A DNA stretch of 62,000 nucleotides, the filler included, from Diploschistes diacapsis (lineage: Eukaryota), in the NCBI GenBank assembly GCA_023645945.1. It is 14 parts of 14 records of this genome, joined end to end, with 100 filler letters (N's around TTAATTAATTAA, not from the genome) between each part and the next. Parts side by side here need not be neighbours in the genome. Positions count along the whole stretch, not along the records: positions 1 to 2,737 come from JALAIB010002094.1; positions 2,838 to 5,570 come from JALAIB010002095.1; positions 5,671 to 8,402 come from JALAIB010002096.1; positions 8,503 to 11,226 come from JALAIB010002097.1; 10 more parts are not named here. One strand, 5' to 3'. Position 1 is the first letter of the stretch, and each line of letters begins with the position of its first letter. Position numbers and translations under genes: made by a program. A model generated the notes under the pieces. That model saw nothing but the letters and a program-made list of their open reading frames with translations. It searched no databases and was not told the DNA's origin. This document shows positions 1 through 11,326 of this stretch, piece after piece.

Positions 1-304
1 GTAGATCTTAACTATCTCAAAAAATATATTTAATAATAAAAAATATTTATTTCGTATACCATAGATCTATCGTTAAAAATAATATAAATCTAAATATATT
101 AAAATTTATAAAAGCTATAACGGCGTCGTTTTTATACCCGACGACGCCCTGACTAAATAACTAAATAATTAAATAATAAATATAATAACTGAATAGCTTT
201 TTAAAAAATATATAGTTATTTTCACGTGACCCGTGTCACCGTAATTAGTCCTATATATAAGGAATGGCTGGGACGTGATAAGGTGGGAACCTCGGATCGT
301 AACA
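1..304 (-). mobile_element. LTR of chromovirus family A (truncated at window start)
   Basis: Minus strand begins TGTTACGATC at 304. It shares the TCACGTGACCCGTGTCACC...CTATATATAAGGAA block with the LTR at 748-1201, and ACGTCCCAGCCAT/GGGTCACGTGA with the LTR at 15456. Confidence 0.8.
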
Positions 305-747
305 CGATACCGCTGATAAGTTTTTTAAATATCTTGCTTTATAGTCGCCCTATTATCCAGATCCAGTCCCTTTAAAAAAAGAAGAAGAATTCGGTATAGA
401 AGCCGACTGTTATAGCAGAGGTTCTTATCTTGAATCCTAGAATTACTGGTTCCTCCGCCGTATCCGAAGGACCCCTATTGAATGATTCTAGACATTTAGA
501 ACGCCATCTCGATAAAGTAGTTACATATTTTTTAAAATTCTTTTACGGCAGTCTGAATTTTCCTCTTTAAAACCTGTAATGCTTAGTAATAAGTTTAAAG
601 CAGAAGGGGAAAGTTCGATATATCCTAGATAAACATATAAAAATATATATATATCACGTGTAAATGCTGAACTTTGGTACAGCCGCAGGAATACAGGACT
701 TATTTTTCTTAATATAAACATAACTTATAGACTATCAGCCTACACTG

Positions 748-2737
748 TATTATGATCTCTATCTATACAAGGTATACATAAATAGGATCAAGGTAGGTTT
801 GGTCTCTGGTAGAAGAGGAGTGTGGCAGGAGAAGAAGATAGAGCAGTTACAGGTCTTAGACTGTCTCTGGAAAGAAGGCTCTCTAAAGATAAAAAGTAAC
901 GAATATAAATTGATCTCGAGCAATAACTAGAGATATTTATAAAAATGAACACGCCTTAAATTTATAAAGACTATAACAGCGTTCTTATATAGCCAACGGC
1001 TCCCTAATAGAGTAAATAAATAAATAAATAAAACTACCGTTCTTCTCTTTTATTTATAATAGGGTAGAATGGTCCTTAAAACCTTTTATTCATCACGTGA
1101 CCCGTGTCACCCTGATTGGACTATATATAAGGAATAATTAGGAAATGCCCGACTAATCGTTGCGTGTTAAGTACTATCGTTTAATATTTTAGATCGTAAT
1201 ATTATCCCTTTTTTTTAGTTTTGTCGGCCCGACAAGCGCCGAAGGATTAATATAAGTATTAAATAAAAGAAAATCCTAAATCGTGGGACAGCGATATCTT
1301 CTTTATTTTCGATATAAAAGAAACGTTTAAACTTTATTATCCGTTTTCGAGATTTCTTGAATATATTACCTTATAACCATTGTTTATTTTCTCACGATTG
1401 CATTAAGATATCTTTAGTCTTAATAAAGTGCGCTCGCTATATTAAATCCGGTAAAAAGGATTGCGTCTCTATTACCTAAAAGATAGTTAAACGGACTATC
1501 CTTTCGAAAAAAAACGAAATCGAAAAGGATAAGAAGCTTATTGATAAAAATAATGAATAAGAGGAGGAACTAAAAAAGCAATTTCGTGAAATTAAGGATC
1601 GTCGTTTTTAACGCAAACGTCGCATCCGTCGCAATCGAAAAATCCTTAAGCTAACGAAAGGTCGTGCCGATGCGCAAGTAAGATATTTAACGAAAAAACT
1701 GGACCTAAAGTCGTCTAAGACGTACGCGAACGCCTAAGAAGGTATGTCCTTAAAGTTTAATCTAGAATTATTAAAGTTAGCCGCGATATCGCCGGTTCAG
1801 TTAAACTGGTCTCTAAGGGATAAAATTTTTATCCCTTTAAATTAATTAATAAGTCTACGGTACTTCCTTATCTTATTTTTGTAATTATTTAGGTTCTTTA
1901 AGGATTCTTATATGTTTTATTCCGATAGGTATCCTTTTTATTTAATAAAGAATCCGTTAGGGCTATTATTTAGAATCTTTTCGACTTCGTATTCATTTTC
2001 GTTATCAATTTCGAAATAAAAGGTTTTTTATAGCGGTATATCTAGATATGCCGGTTCGAGATATCGGGAGTAAAACATTAAATAGACTTTCGCGTTTTTA
2101 AGCAGTTTAAGTCGATAACTAACTCGTTGGCTTTTATCTAATATAATAAATTATTTATCGATAAAGAAGGGTTCGATTTTGACGTAATCGAGCTTTTTAA
2201 AAGGTCTACGTGTCCTAAAATTATCTGCGTATAGATAAACCTTATGTTCTTTTTTTAGCTAAGGATTCTTCTTTAAGATTTTAATTTTATTAGTATTATC
2301 CAGTACCTTATCGGTTAATGATTACGTATTTTGAATTCTTTTGACTTTTCTATGCCTGTTGTTAAGGTAGTATTCAGCGTTTAATAATAATTCAATCCAA
2401 TTGTCCATATTTTAGTTAATATAATGTCGTAAATACTGTTCAAGAATCTGATTTATTTTTTCTGTTTAATCGTTTGTCTGTGGGTAATAAATATTCGAAT
2501 ACTTTAATTTCGTGCCGAATACTTTTATTATAATTTTTTAATATTTTAAGGTAAAGAACCTATTTCTGTCGTTAATGATCCTCTTTGGATATCCATATAT
2601 TTTCATAATTCGATTTATTTATATATGATGTAACTGTTTTGCATTATAATCTTTCCTAAAAGGTATGCAATGTGGTTTGTTGTTAAATTTGTTTACTATA
2701 ATTTAAATGCTGTTATATAGAACGCCTATTATTAAAT
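748..2737 (-). mobile_element. RIP-degraded Ty3/Gypsy chromovirus (family A), 3' part: integrase, chromodomain, antisense ORF, PPT and 3' LTR (748-1201)
   Basis: Minus-strand YYPQTND*TEKINQILEQYLRHY (integrase) and ENEYEVEKIL...KGY (chromodomain). A purine tract abuts the LTR start TATTACGATC at 1201; LTR end GATCATAATA at 748 (RIP-altered TG...CA). Confidence 0.88.
1290..1860 (+). pseudogene. Antisense accessory ORF of the chromovirus: Zn2Cys6-like cluster plus basic coiled coil (RIP-inactivated)
   Basis: 1372-1464 translates YNHCLFSHDCIKISLVLIKCARYIKSGKKDC (four intact Cys, two TAT at Cys positions), followed by a K/E/R-rich helical segment with TAA stops. Homologous segments at 7500-7800 and 14720-15365. 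Ends approximate. Confidence 0.65.
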
Positions 2738-2837
2738 NNNNNNNNNNNNNNNNNNNNNNNNNNNNNNNNNNNNNNNNNNNNTTAATTAATTAANNNNNNN
2801 NNNNNNNNNNNNNNNNNNNNNNNNNNNNNNNNNNNNN
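2738..2837. other. Artificial contig spacer (N44-TTAATTAATTAA-N44). Identical spacers at 5571, 8403, 11227, 14050, 16869, 42362, 45174, 47986, 50791, 53596, 56398 and 59200
   Basis: The same 100-nt block with a six-frame stop linker occurs 13 times and the flanking sequences are unrelated. Confidence 0.98.
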
Positions 2838-4314
2838 ATCATATTTTTACGATCATTTTTCACGATCATTTCTCACGATTATTTTATTTTATCCGAAGCT
2901 TTATATTACCGTAAAGATATAATATTTTATCCTTTATTTCCTATTACTTTTTTTTAGAATGTTATAATTCTGTATACTATCGCGTAAACGGAGAATGAGG
3001 GAAGTAAACGATCTTATATCTTATCGCATAATCTAAAAACGGGGAAAAAAAACGGTCTTATATATTACCGCGTAAACGAAGAACGATAAAAGAAAGGAAT
3101 TCTATATAACGTCATCGATAATAAAAGTTACTCGATTATAAAAAAAAAGTTTTTTGTATAAAGTTCTTATTTATTATCCGTGATAAACTAATTCTTTTTA
3201 AATTCGGATTTTTAATCGACCCGAATAGTCCGTTGTTATTATTTTCTCGACCTTAAAATTTAATATCTTACATACCTGATCGACTATTTAATTAATATTA
3301 TAACAATTAATAAATCGTCGTTAATCTTTAAGAACTTTAAATTCTCGTTAAATTATTAAACGTTATCTTAATTCTTTTTTAAATTTAGTAAACGAATTCC
3401 TTTATATTTAATACTTATTTCCGAACGTATTTATAAACGATCCTTTCTCGACATCATCTTTCGAAAGAAAAGCCTACGAAAGCGCAATAATTACAGAAAG
3501 TAAAGGTCGCCGTTATATAATTTATCCTTCTGAAGCTATAGCCGATTCTACGCCCGATAAAACGATAGTTTTTTAAACCCAATTCATTTCATAATAAAAA
3601 AATATAAAGTTCGGTTCCGGCGAGTTAGTTTTAGCATGTTCAACGCCGGGTAAACGGGGCTATATTCTCGAATTAACAAACCTCTGGTCAATAAGAAAAA
3701 GAATGGAAATATAAGATATATTTCGCCAAATCGCAACGCTGAGTGATAGAGATCTTAAAGTCTAATGCATAATTTGTTATTAAGTTTTCCAGCATCTCAG
3801 AGCTTCTATATAGGGCAGTGAAGGAATATTTAGACATAAAGAAAAGCAACATAACGTTCTATCTCAAATTAATTCTGAATCCAATCGCGCGAATTAACGA
3901 ACCATTTCTTAATATCTTTTTTCGGTAAATAGGTCGTAAGAAATAAACGTGAGAAATTAATCGAAACATAAATTAATATAAGGTCTTATAAGAGGATTCT
4001 TCCCGTAACTTGGCAATACGAACAACGAATAAAAACGAGAAATATAATATAACTCGTGATTTATTAATATTCGGATTAAATCTAAATCTTTCATTTCGTT
4101 GAACGGAAAATTTTATTATAAAAAAGCTATTCAGAAGTTTCGGGTTCAACATTTAACTGCTAAAACGAACTAAAATGAGATAAGAATTAAATAAACTATT
4201 TAACGACGTATAAACTCGATATATTAATACGTTTAAATCGGATAATAAGATTAGTATTACGGTTGATTATTAAACGTCAATTAATTATTTACATTTTTTG
4301 GCAATTATGGTTTA
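2838..4314 (+). mobile_element. RIP-degraded hAT transposon, 5' part (subterminal repeats, BED finger, start of catalytic domain), interrupted by a Copia-type LTR
   Basis: Tandem ACGATCATTT motifs at 2838-2885. BED-like V*CIICY*VFQH...IFRHKEKQH near 3760-3850. KISITVDY*TSINYLHFLAIMVY at 4246-4314 matches the hAT ISxTxDxWTSxN..FLAI motif. Confidence 0.75.
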
Positions 4315-5570
4315 TGTTGAGCAGACAGGCAGAAGGCATGGCTGGGAGTTCGACTGAGTTCCAGTCGGGGGTTCAGTTCAGCTGAACCTCCTGGAACTCT
4401 GACTAGACCGATCGGGAGTAATATTGATAATAAAGCTTAGCGGATCCCGTAAGATATAAAAATCTACGCAGTAAAATATCTTCATAGGATAAGACCTCTA
4501 GACTTCAATATATCCATTACGTTGCCAAACAGGTTATGAGCCCGGGTTAGCCTACTTGAACCCCATCGATCATCTTGTCAATCCTCGAAACCCAGCAGAA
4601 TCGCTATCTTCGCTGCTGGACCCTTTCGACCTTATCCATTATCGAGAATCAGTTAAACCACGCTAAACCATCTCGATATTTCCGACAATAATCGACATTC
4701 AGCTGAACCACGCTGAACCTTCTCGATCATCTCGTTAATCTTCGACATCTAATAATACCGTTATTTATACTATTGAATCCAGTCGAACCTCTCGTTAATA
4801 ATCGAAGTTTAGTTAAACCTACGCTAAATCTTATTGATCATCTCGACAACGATCGATATCCAGCTTTACCGTTATTAAACCGATTCGATCTCTCGTTAAC
4901 CCTCGATATCTAATAAAACCGTTATTTACGCTACTAGATCTAGTCGAGAACCTCATTAATTATCGAAATTTAACTAAATTCTTATTAAGCTTAATCGACA
5001 TCTATTAACCATCGATACCCAACTAAATCTATTATTAGACCGACTCGATACTTCCGACAACCTTCGACATCTAACAAGACCGTTATTTACGCTGCTAGAT
5101 CTAGTCGAATCTCTTATCAATTATCGAAGTTCAATTAAATTATTACTAAACCGCTTCGACACCGATAATAATTAATATCCAGCCTTACCGCCGCTGAACC
5201 GATTCGATCTTTCGATAATCATCGATATTCAGCTTATCGCCGCTAAATTATCTCGATATCTTCGACAATCATCGAGATCCAGCCGAACTACTTCTAGATT
5301 TATTCGATTACTCGTTAATCATCGAAATTTAGTTAAACCGTTATTAAATCCAATCGATTACTTTCGTTTTTATTATAAAGGATTATGTTTTGTATTATTA
5401 TTAAAATATTAACTATTAGTTATTTATTTAAGAAGCGTGTTACTTTTATTCTAAAGAAAAAGAATCAACAGTAATAATTCGAATATATAATTTAAAAGTA
5501 AAGAAGTGAATTACCGTTCTTAATAATTAGCCACCGTCGTTTATTATAGTTATTCTAGATGACTCTATAT
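4315..5570 (+). mobile_element. 5' end of a Copia-type LTR element: LTR 4315-4531, PBS 4532-4543, repetitive leader
   Basis: TGTTG...AAACA followed directly by GGTTATGAGCCC (Copia-type internal tRNA-iMet PBS). The LTR is homologous to the minus-strand LTR at ~51023-51242. Confidence 0.8.
4560..5365 (+). repeat. Degenerate tandem array (~40-bp units, ~160-bp higher-order period)
   Basis: CCGTTATTTA(C/T)(G/A)CT...GATC(C/T)AGTCGA recurs at ~4759, ~4919 and ~5081. Shorter TCGACA/GCTGAACC-like units recur throughout. Confidence 0.65.
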
Positions 5571-5670
5571 NNNNNNNNNNNNNNNNNNNNNNNNNNNNNN
5601 NNNNNNNNNNNNNNTTAATTAATTAANNNNNNNNNNNNNNNNNNNNNNNNNNNNNNNNNNNNNNNNNNNN

Positions 5671-7196
5671 TAATTATTATATCTAATAAAAGGATTTAGT
5701 TCGTTAATTAATTATAATAATATTTATATAATATATTATATATCCGTTTTAAGTTATCGACGGTTTTTTATTTTTAAACGAACGGTTAGACCGAAAATAT
5801 TAATAAGGAAATAGAACGGTATCTGCGAACCTTCGTCTATTATTCGTAAAAGGATTGGGAACGATTGCTACCTATGGCAGAATTCGCTATCAACGCGGCT
5901 AAATCGGAATTAATAAAATATTCGTCATTCTTCGTTACCCGGGGATACGAATTTCGGATATCTTTCAATACCGACAGAATAACGGAACAAAAAGCTACTA
6001 CCCGCGAAAAAATAAATAATCGAAATATTAATACCATCGTCGAAATTATATAAAATATCTAGAACTTCGTTAAAAGACATATAATATTAACGTAATAACG
6101 ATAAAAGCGATACGCGGACGAATACCGACGTCTCGTTAAAAAGATTAACTTCGACAACTCAATTTAATTAAATATACGTAATATTAAAATCACCCAAGCT
6201 TATAAGAAATTAAATAATAAATAAAACGACCTTTACAACGTTTTACAAAAAATAAGCGATATAGATTTCGAGCTGGACCTATTAACGTCAATAAAATAAT
6301 TTAAAACCTTTCATTCGTCTTTACTTTCGAAAGACCCGCAAGACTTTTTAGAAAGATAGACGCATCCTAGACCACCCTCGGTAAAGACGGAAGGCGGAAA
6401 AGAATAAAAGATCGAGAAAATCCTCGACGCCAAGAAAAACCCCGGACGAGGAATAAACGTTTAATACAGGATACGTTAGATAAGATAATCCATCGACGAT
6501 AACTAATATCTCGCCGTTAACTTTAAAAATACCTTCGAAATCCTACGAGAATTTTATTAATTAAATCCCGAAAAAATAAAAACCCCGTGATTAATAATAC
6601 CCGAAAACAAACAATTAACGTCAATAAAAATTATAAACGGAAACGAATTATTAAAATAAAGCGGTATCAATTATCACGACGATCATATTCTTTTATAAAA
6701 TTTAAAAACGTATTTAATTAAAAACGACGTTAAAAAAGATTTAAAAAAACGGAAACATCTATTACGAAAAAATAACGGGTATCTTTTAAATAAATTAAAA
6801 AAAGGGGTGAAGATCGAGGTGAAGATTGACTAAAAAAAGAACATCGCGCTTATAAGAGACACAAGCATCTAAAGAGGGGGGTAGTGAGACAGCCCAGCCC
6901 AGGGGCCTGCCAAGCCACGGCAGGGTTAGTGCCCAGGGGCTTGCCAAGCCACGGCAGGGTTAATGCCCAGTTGCTTGCCAAGACACGGCAGGGTCAGGGG
7001 GTGGCTGTGTAGTCCCCGAACCCCGGTAGGCCTGGTACCCACACTACTTAACGGTGCCCTCCTCCCATCTAGATAGTTTCTTCTTCAGCTTTTCGAATCG
7101 AGACCTTTTACCTGCAGATGCCCAAGCTACACCTAATCCTTCCGGATCAGGCCCAGCCCCCGGTGGAGTAGCATCCTTTCCTGCGCTGGCGTTTCA
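5671..7196 (+). mobile_element. RIP-degraded Ty3/Gypsy chromovirus (family B), 3' part: integrase, chromodomain, PPT, 3' LTR 6885-7196
   Basis: TNG*TENINKEIERYLRTFV...W..LLPMAEFAIN integrase motif; KIEKILDAK chromodomain start; AAAGAGGGGGGTAG PPT followed by TGAGACA...GTTTCA. Confidence 0.85.
6898..6995 (+). repeat. Three 34-bp tandem repeats inside the family B LTR
   Basis: Unit CCCAGGGGC(C/T)TGCCAAGCCACGGCAGGGTTA(G/A)TG. Also present inverted at ~7817-7930. Confidence 0.9.
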
Positions 7197-7800
7197 TAGA
7201 TTTTTTAAAAAACTCGATCATGTTAAGGTCGAACCTTTTTTTATCGATAAATAACCCGTCATACCGGACGAAATCAAGCGAGTTAATTATCGACTTAAGT
7301 TACTAAAGGACGCGAAAGTTTATCCAGTGTTCCATTCCCGGTACCTCGAATTAGTACATCTAGATACATCGTTATAAGAAACCTTCTATTTCGAACCAAA
7401 CAACGAGAACGAATACGAAGTCGAAAGGATTCTGGATAGTAGTCCCAGGGGATTCCTTGTCAAGTGGAAAGGATATCCATCGGAACAAAATACACTCATT
7501 TAACCTGGAGGGATAAGAGCCTTATCCCCTAAAGACTAATTCAACTGAGCCGGCGACATTGCGGCTAGTTTTGACAATTCTAGACCAAACTCCGAAGGTA
7601 CGTCTTTTTAAGCGTTCGTATACGTTTCGGACGATTCTAAGTTTAATTCTTCCGTTAAATATCTTACTTGCGTATTCGTACGGTTTTCCGTTAGTTTAAG
7701 AACTTTTCGGTTACGATGAATGCGACGTTTACGTTAAAGACGACGATTTTTAATTTCACGAAATTATTTTTTTAATTCCTTTTCTTATTTATTATTTTCT
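7197..7800 (+). mobile_element. Fragment of chromovirus family A (integrase end, chromodomain, C-terminal part of the antisense ORF)
   Basis: Aligns by eye with 14350-14620 and with the reverse complement of 1550-2200; ENEYEVERILDS..GFLVKWKGY. Confidence 0.85.
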
Positions 7801-7942
7801 CTACACAGCCACCCCCTGACCCTGCCGTGTCTTGGCAAGCACCTGGGCATTGACCCTGCCGTGGCTTGGCAAGCACCTGGGCATTGACCCTGCCGTGGCT
7901 TGGCAGGCCCAGCTTGGCAGGCCCCTGGGCTGGGCTGTCTCA
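7801..7942 (-). mobile_element. Truncated inverted copy of the family B LTR
   Basis: Reverse complement of 6885-7012 with one short extra duplication. Confidence 0.9.
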
Positions 7943-8502
7943 ACGATAGTAGATATATACGTTTAGGAATCTTCTAATTTGTGTGATATTTCTAGGAATT
8001 GGCCAATCCATTATCTTTAAGATCTTCTTTGTTTCTAGAAAGCGTCCTTCGGGGGTGTAAAGATGTCCACTATCTTTAACTTTTCAACGTCTTATTATAA
8101 CTTTTTTTTTAAGATAACTACATCGGCTATTTTTATTGTATATAGGGCCTAATCGATATTTTGAATATGTTTAAGTATATATCTCCGTTTTTTAAATAAA
8201 GCTTATTTTCTATTATAGATGTATTTAGGGTCCTTAATTCTAAAATCGTTAAAAAAGGGTTAAACGATATAAAAAAGATCGATAAAAATGATTATTATTA
8301 TTCGTATAAACTATCCGATCGAATTAATGCCTCTTTATAATAAAGTAATATTCCTTAATAGATTTAAAGGAATCGATAAGGCCGTAAAATTATAACATCT
8401 TTNNNNNNNNNNNNNNNNNNNNNNNNNNNNNNNNNNNNNNNNNNNNTTAATTAATTAANNNNNNNNNNNNNNNNNNNNNNNNNNNNNNNNNNNNNNNNNN
8501 NN

Positions 8503-11226
8503 GAATAATAAAAAATTTTAAAAACATAGTTTTAAACGCGTAAATTAATTATACGCTCGTGATTAGCAGTTTATATCGGCCCTTTATTCTTAAAGCGCTT
8601 TATTTAGTATTTATTAGGCTCTATTAGCCTCAAACAATTCGTCCTTTTCTAACTTAATTTAATTAGAATAGATAATCCTAGGATATTATGCTCAATCGAG
8701 GCTTTATAACCTGTTACTTCTGCTAGGAAGATGGTTATTATAAGGTACGTTACCCATTATTACAGCCGTTTTTCCAGAATGGGGACATCTATATGTAAGA
8801 AAACAAGATCTTCGTTGGTCCGAATAACCATTTATAAGCATAACAGACCAACCTTTATGGGCAGGGCACGATGATTAAAAAGCTTATATCTTAGATTAAT
8901 AACTAAAAAAAGATTTATAGGAATAAAGTTCTTTCGAACCCTCGCTCTCTACAGCAGATCTAAATTAGGTCCTTATATTAAATGTTAGCCTATAATGTGG
9001 TTAATACTAAATTTAGGCCTAAAGATTTCGAAGAAGAGGAAAGTGACGAAAAGATGATGAAGCGTTTTTTTATTTAATCATACGAGGCCAATTATTAGGA
9101 TATATATGAAACTAATACGGCAATTAAAGGACGCCCTATTAAACAGTAGAAAGATACATTTGAACGGAAAAACCTTTTAAATCCGAAATTTAACGAGCGT
9201 CGCCGGGTCCTGAAAGAAAAAACGATCGAAGAACAACGATTCCCATAGAACAAGAACGTTAAAAAAGAAAGGTATATACGGCCTACTATTGTTATTTTAT
9301 AGCTTGCTATACTTAATAATACGGAAAGACGAGAGCCGGATATATAGGAAATTATTATAAAAGATGTCGAAAAATCTAAAGAAGTAGGTCGGGAAGTATA
9401 GATAATTTTACCTAGCGGAAATACACCGGGAAGGATTTTAATAAATCGTCCCCGCGTTTCCGCCGTCCGAAAGCTAAGGATCTCAGGAAAAGCAGCCACT
9501 AATCTGTTAAGAGAATGGGCTCTCAAGATTGTTAAAGGAACTGAAATCAAGATTATTTTAAAAGAGGTTTTTTAGATAGGAATCATACGTTTACTTTAAG
9601 AAGAGTTAAAGAATTATGCGGTCGAAGAGAATGCTTATATAAAAGATTCAGAACCGAAAAAGTTTATTTATTCTACGCATAACCTATCCGCCAGACAATT
9701 TAACAGGTATAGTATTAATTCGAAACAGCTGATCGATATAATAAATTTATAATTATAAGATATTATGTATTCGGTTACTTATCCGGAAGTAATAATTATA
9801 ATCGAGAATTATTAGATTCGTATACTGCTTGATAGTAGTTCAGAAATAAATATGATGGAGAAATGTATAGTAGATTAATTGAACTTAACGATCACTCCTT
9901 ACAAAGAGATCTCGTTGATGGATACCAATTCAGGAAAAATTATTATAGTGGATATCGTGGAAAATATTATTGTATCGGTCGGAGCTGTTACGGTTCTATA
10001 GTCCTTCTTGGTGGTGACTCGGACCAGCAAGCCGCTTATCTTAAGAACCCTTTATATATCAATAATTACTATATAGGCCAGCTATAAAAAGGATAAATCT
10101 ATTAAGATCACGATTACAGACCTAGTATCGAAAAGATAAGCAATTTTTATTAAAACATACGGGTCTAATAAGCGGATTAAGAAATTATCCGACATCCCGA
10201 ATAATAAATAGTCTAAAATTAAGATTCATAATTAGAAAAACGAGTCGTAAAGATTTTAACCGAGGAAGGTCCTCTTCTTTCATATCCCGAAGAACGGAAA
10301 TTAACGATAGAAATTTTTTATTTATTTTGTTCTTATAGTTTTCATTTATCAGGTTCAAAATCGAAAGACAGATAATCTTTACTATCAAAAGATCCTAAAG
10401 GTCCATATTTTACTATCATTATAGAAAAAACATAACAGAAGTTTAATAGGGCCTATTATAAAAGTTTATATATCTTTCAACTAAAATCATTATAAGGACA
10501 GATTCCTTATTCCTTTCGTATATCGAGAAAGTTCGATATTAAATACGATGTTTTAAAATACTCATTAATACCGCATATAAAAAGATAGATCAGAAGATAC
10601 GTCTTAACGATAAACCTAACCTAAATATTAATATTACGCTAAGAGACTCGTCTATATAAAGAAAAGCGGAATTATAAAGGATGATTTCAGCCGCAAAAAT
10701 AACATTAAACGACGAATATTTTGGTCTTATTATCCTAAAGTTTTTATAAATGGTTAAAGGGGAACGCATTACGAAAAAACGGAAACAGATTTTAAAGATA
10801 AATAAATAACTTATTAAAGAAGAAAAAATTTTATTAATAAAAGTATTATAAAATCGGGAAATAATTTTAATCTAAAATTTCTCTTATATGGGACGTATAC
10901 GCCTAGAGATTGCGCCGTTTTAGGAAATAAATACTATCGATCACGAAGCTTAATAAATAAAATCCTTTCGTATTTCAAAAGCTTTAGAGCCGGTAATAAT
11001 TAAGATGCTTTAAGAAAGAGTCGATGTTGGGATATTAAAATACTATTAAGGACCGTATAAGAATCTATAGTTTTTAATAATCAAGACTGATCTTAAAAAA
11101 TATAAAATAATAAATACGACGATATATATTAATAAAATAACTCGTCGGGACGTCAATTTATTCCTTAACACGAATAATTTTATAAAATCTTTCGCAGCAC
11201 AGGCCGTGGATTTCTTAATAAACATG
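8503..11226 (+). mobile_element. RIP-degraded Ty3/Gypsy gag-protease-RT fragment
   Basis: CYFC*EDGYYKVRY zinc knuckle near 8712; LLDSSSEIN protease motif near 9824; YKNL*FLIIK and TRRDVNL RT N-terminal motifs at 11055-11160. Confidence 0.82.
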
Positions 11227-11326
11227 NNNNNNNNNNNNNNNNNNNNNNNNNNNNNNNNNNNNNNNNNNNNTTAATTAATTAANNNNNNNNNNNNNNNNNN
11301 NNNNNNNNNNNNNNNNNNNNNNNNNN

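Noticed and set aside
7943..8402. AT-rich RIP-like segment, possibly a DNA transposase remnant
   Set aside because: No diagnostic motif could be read, so it was left unclassified.
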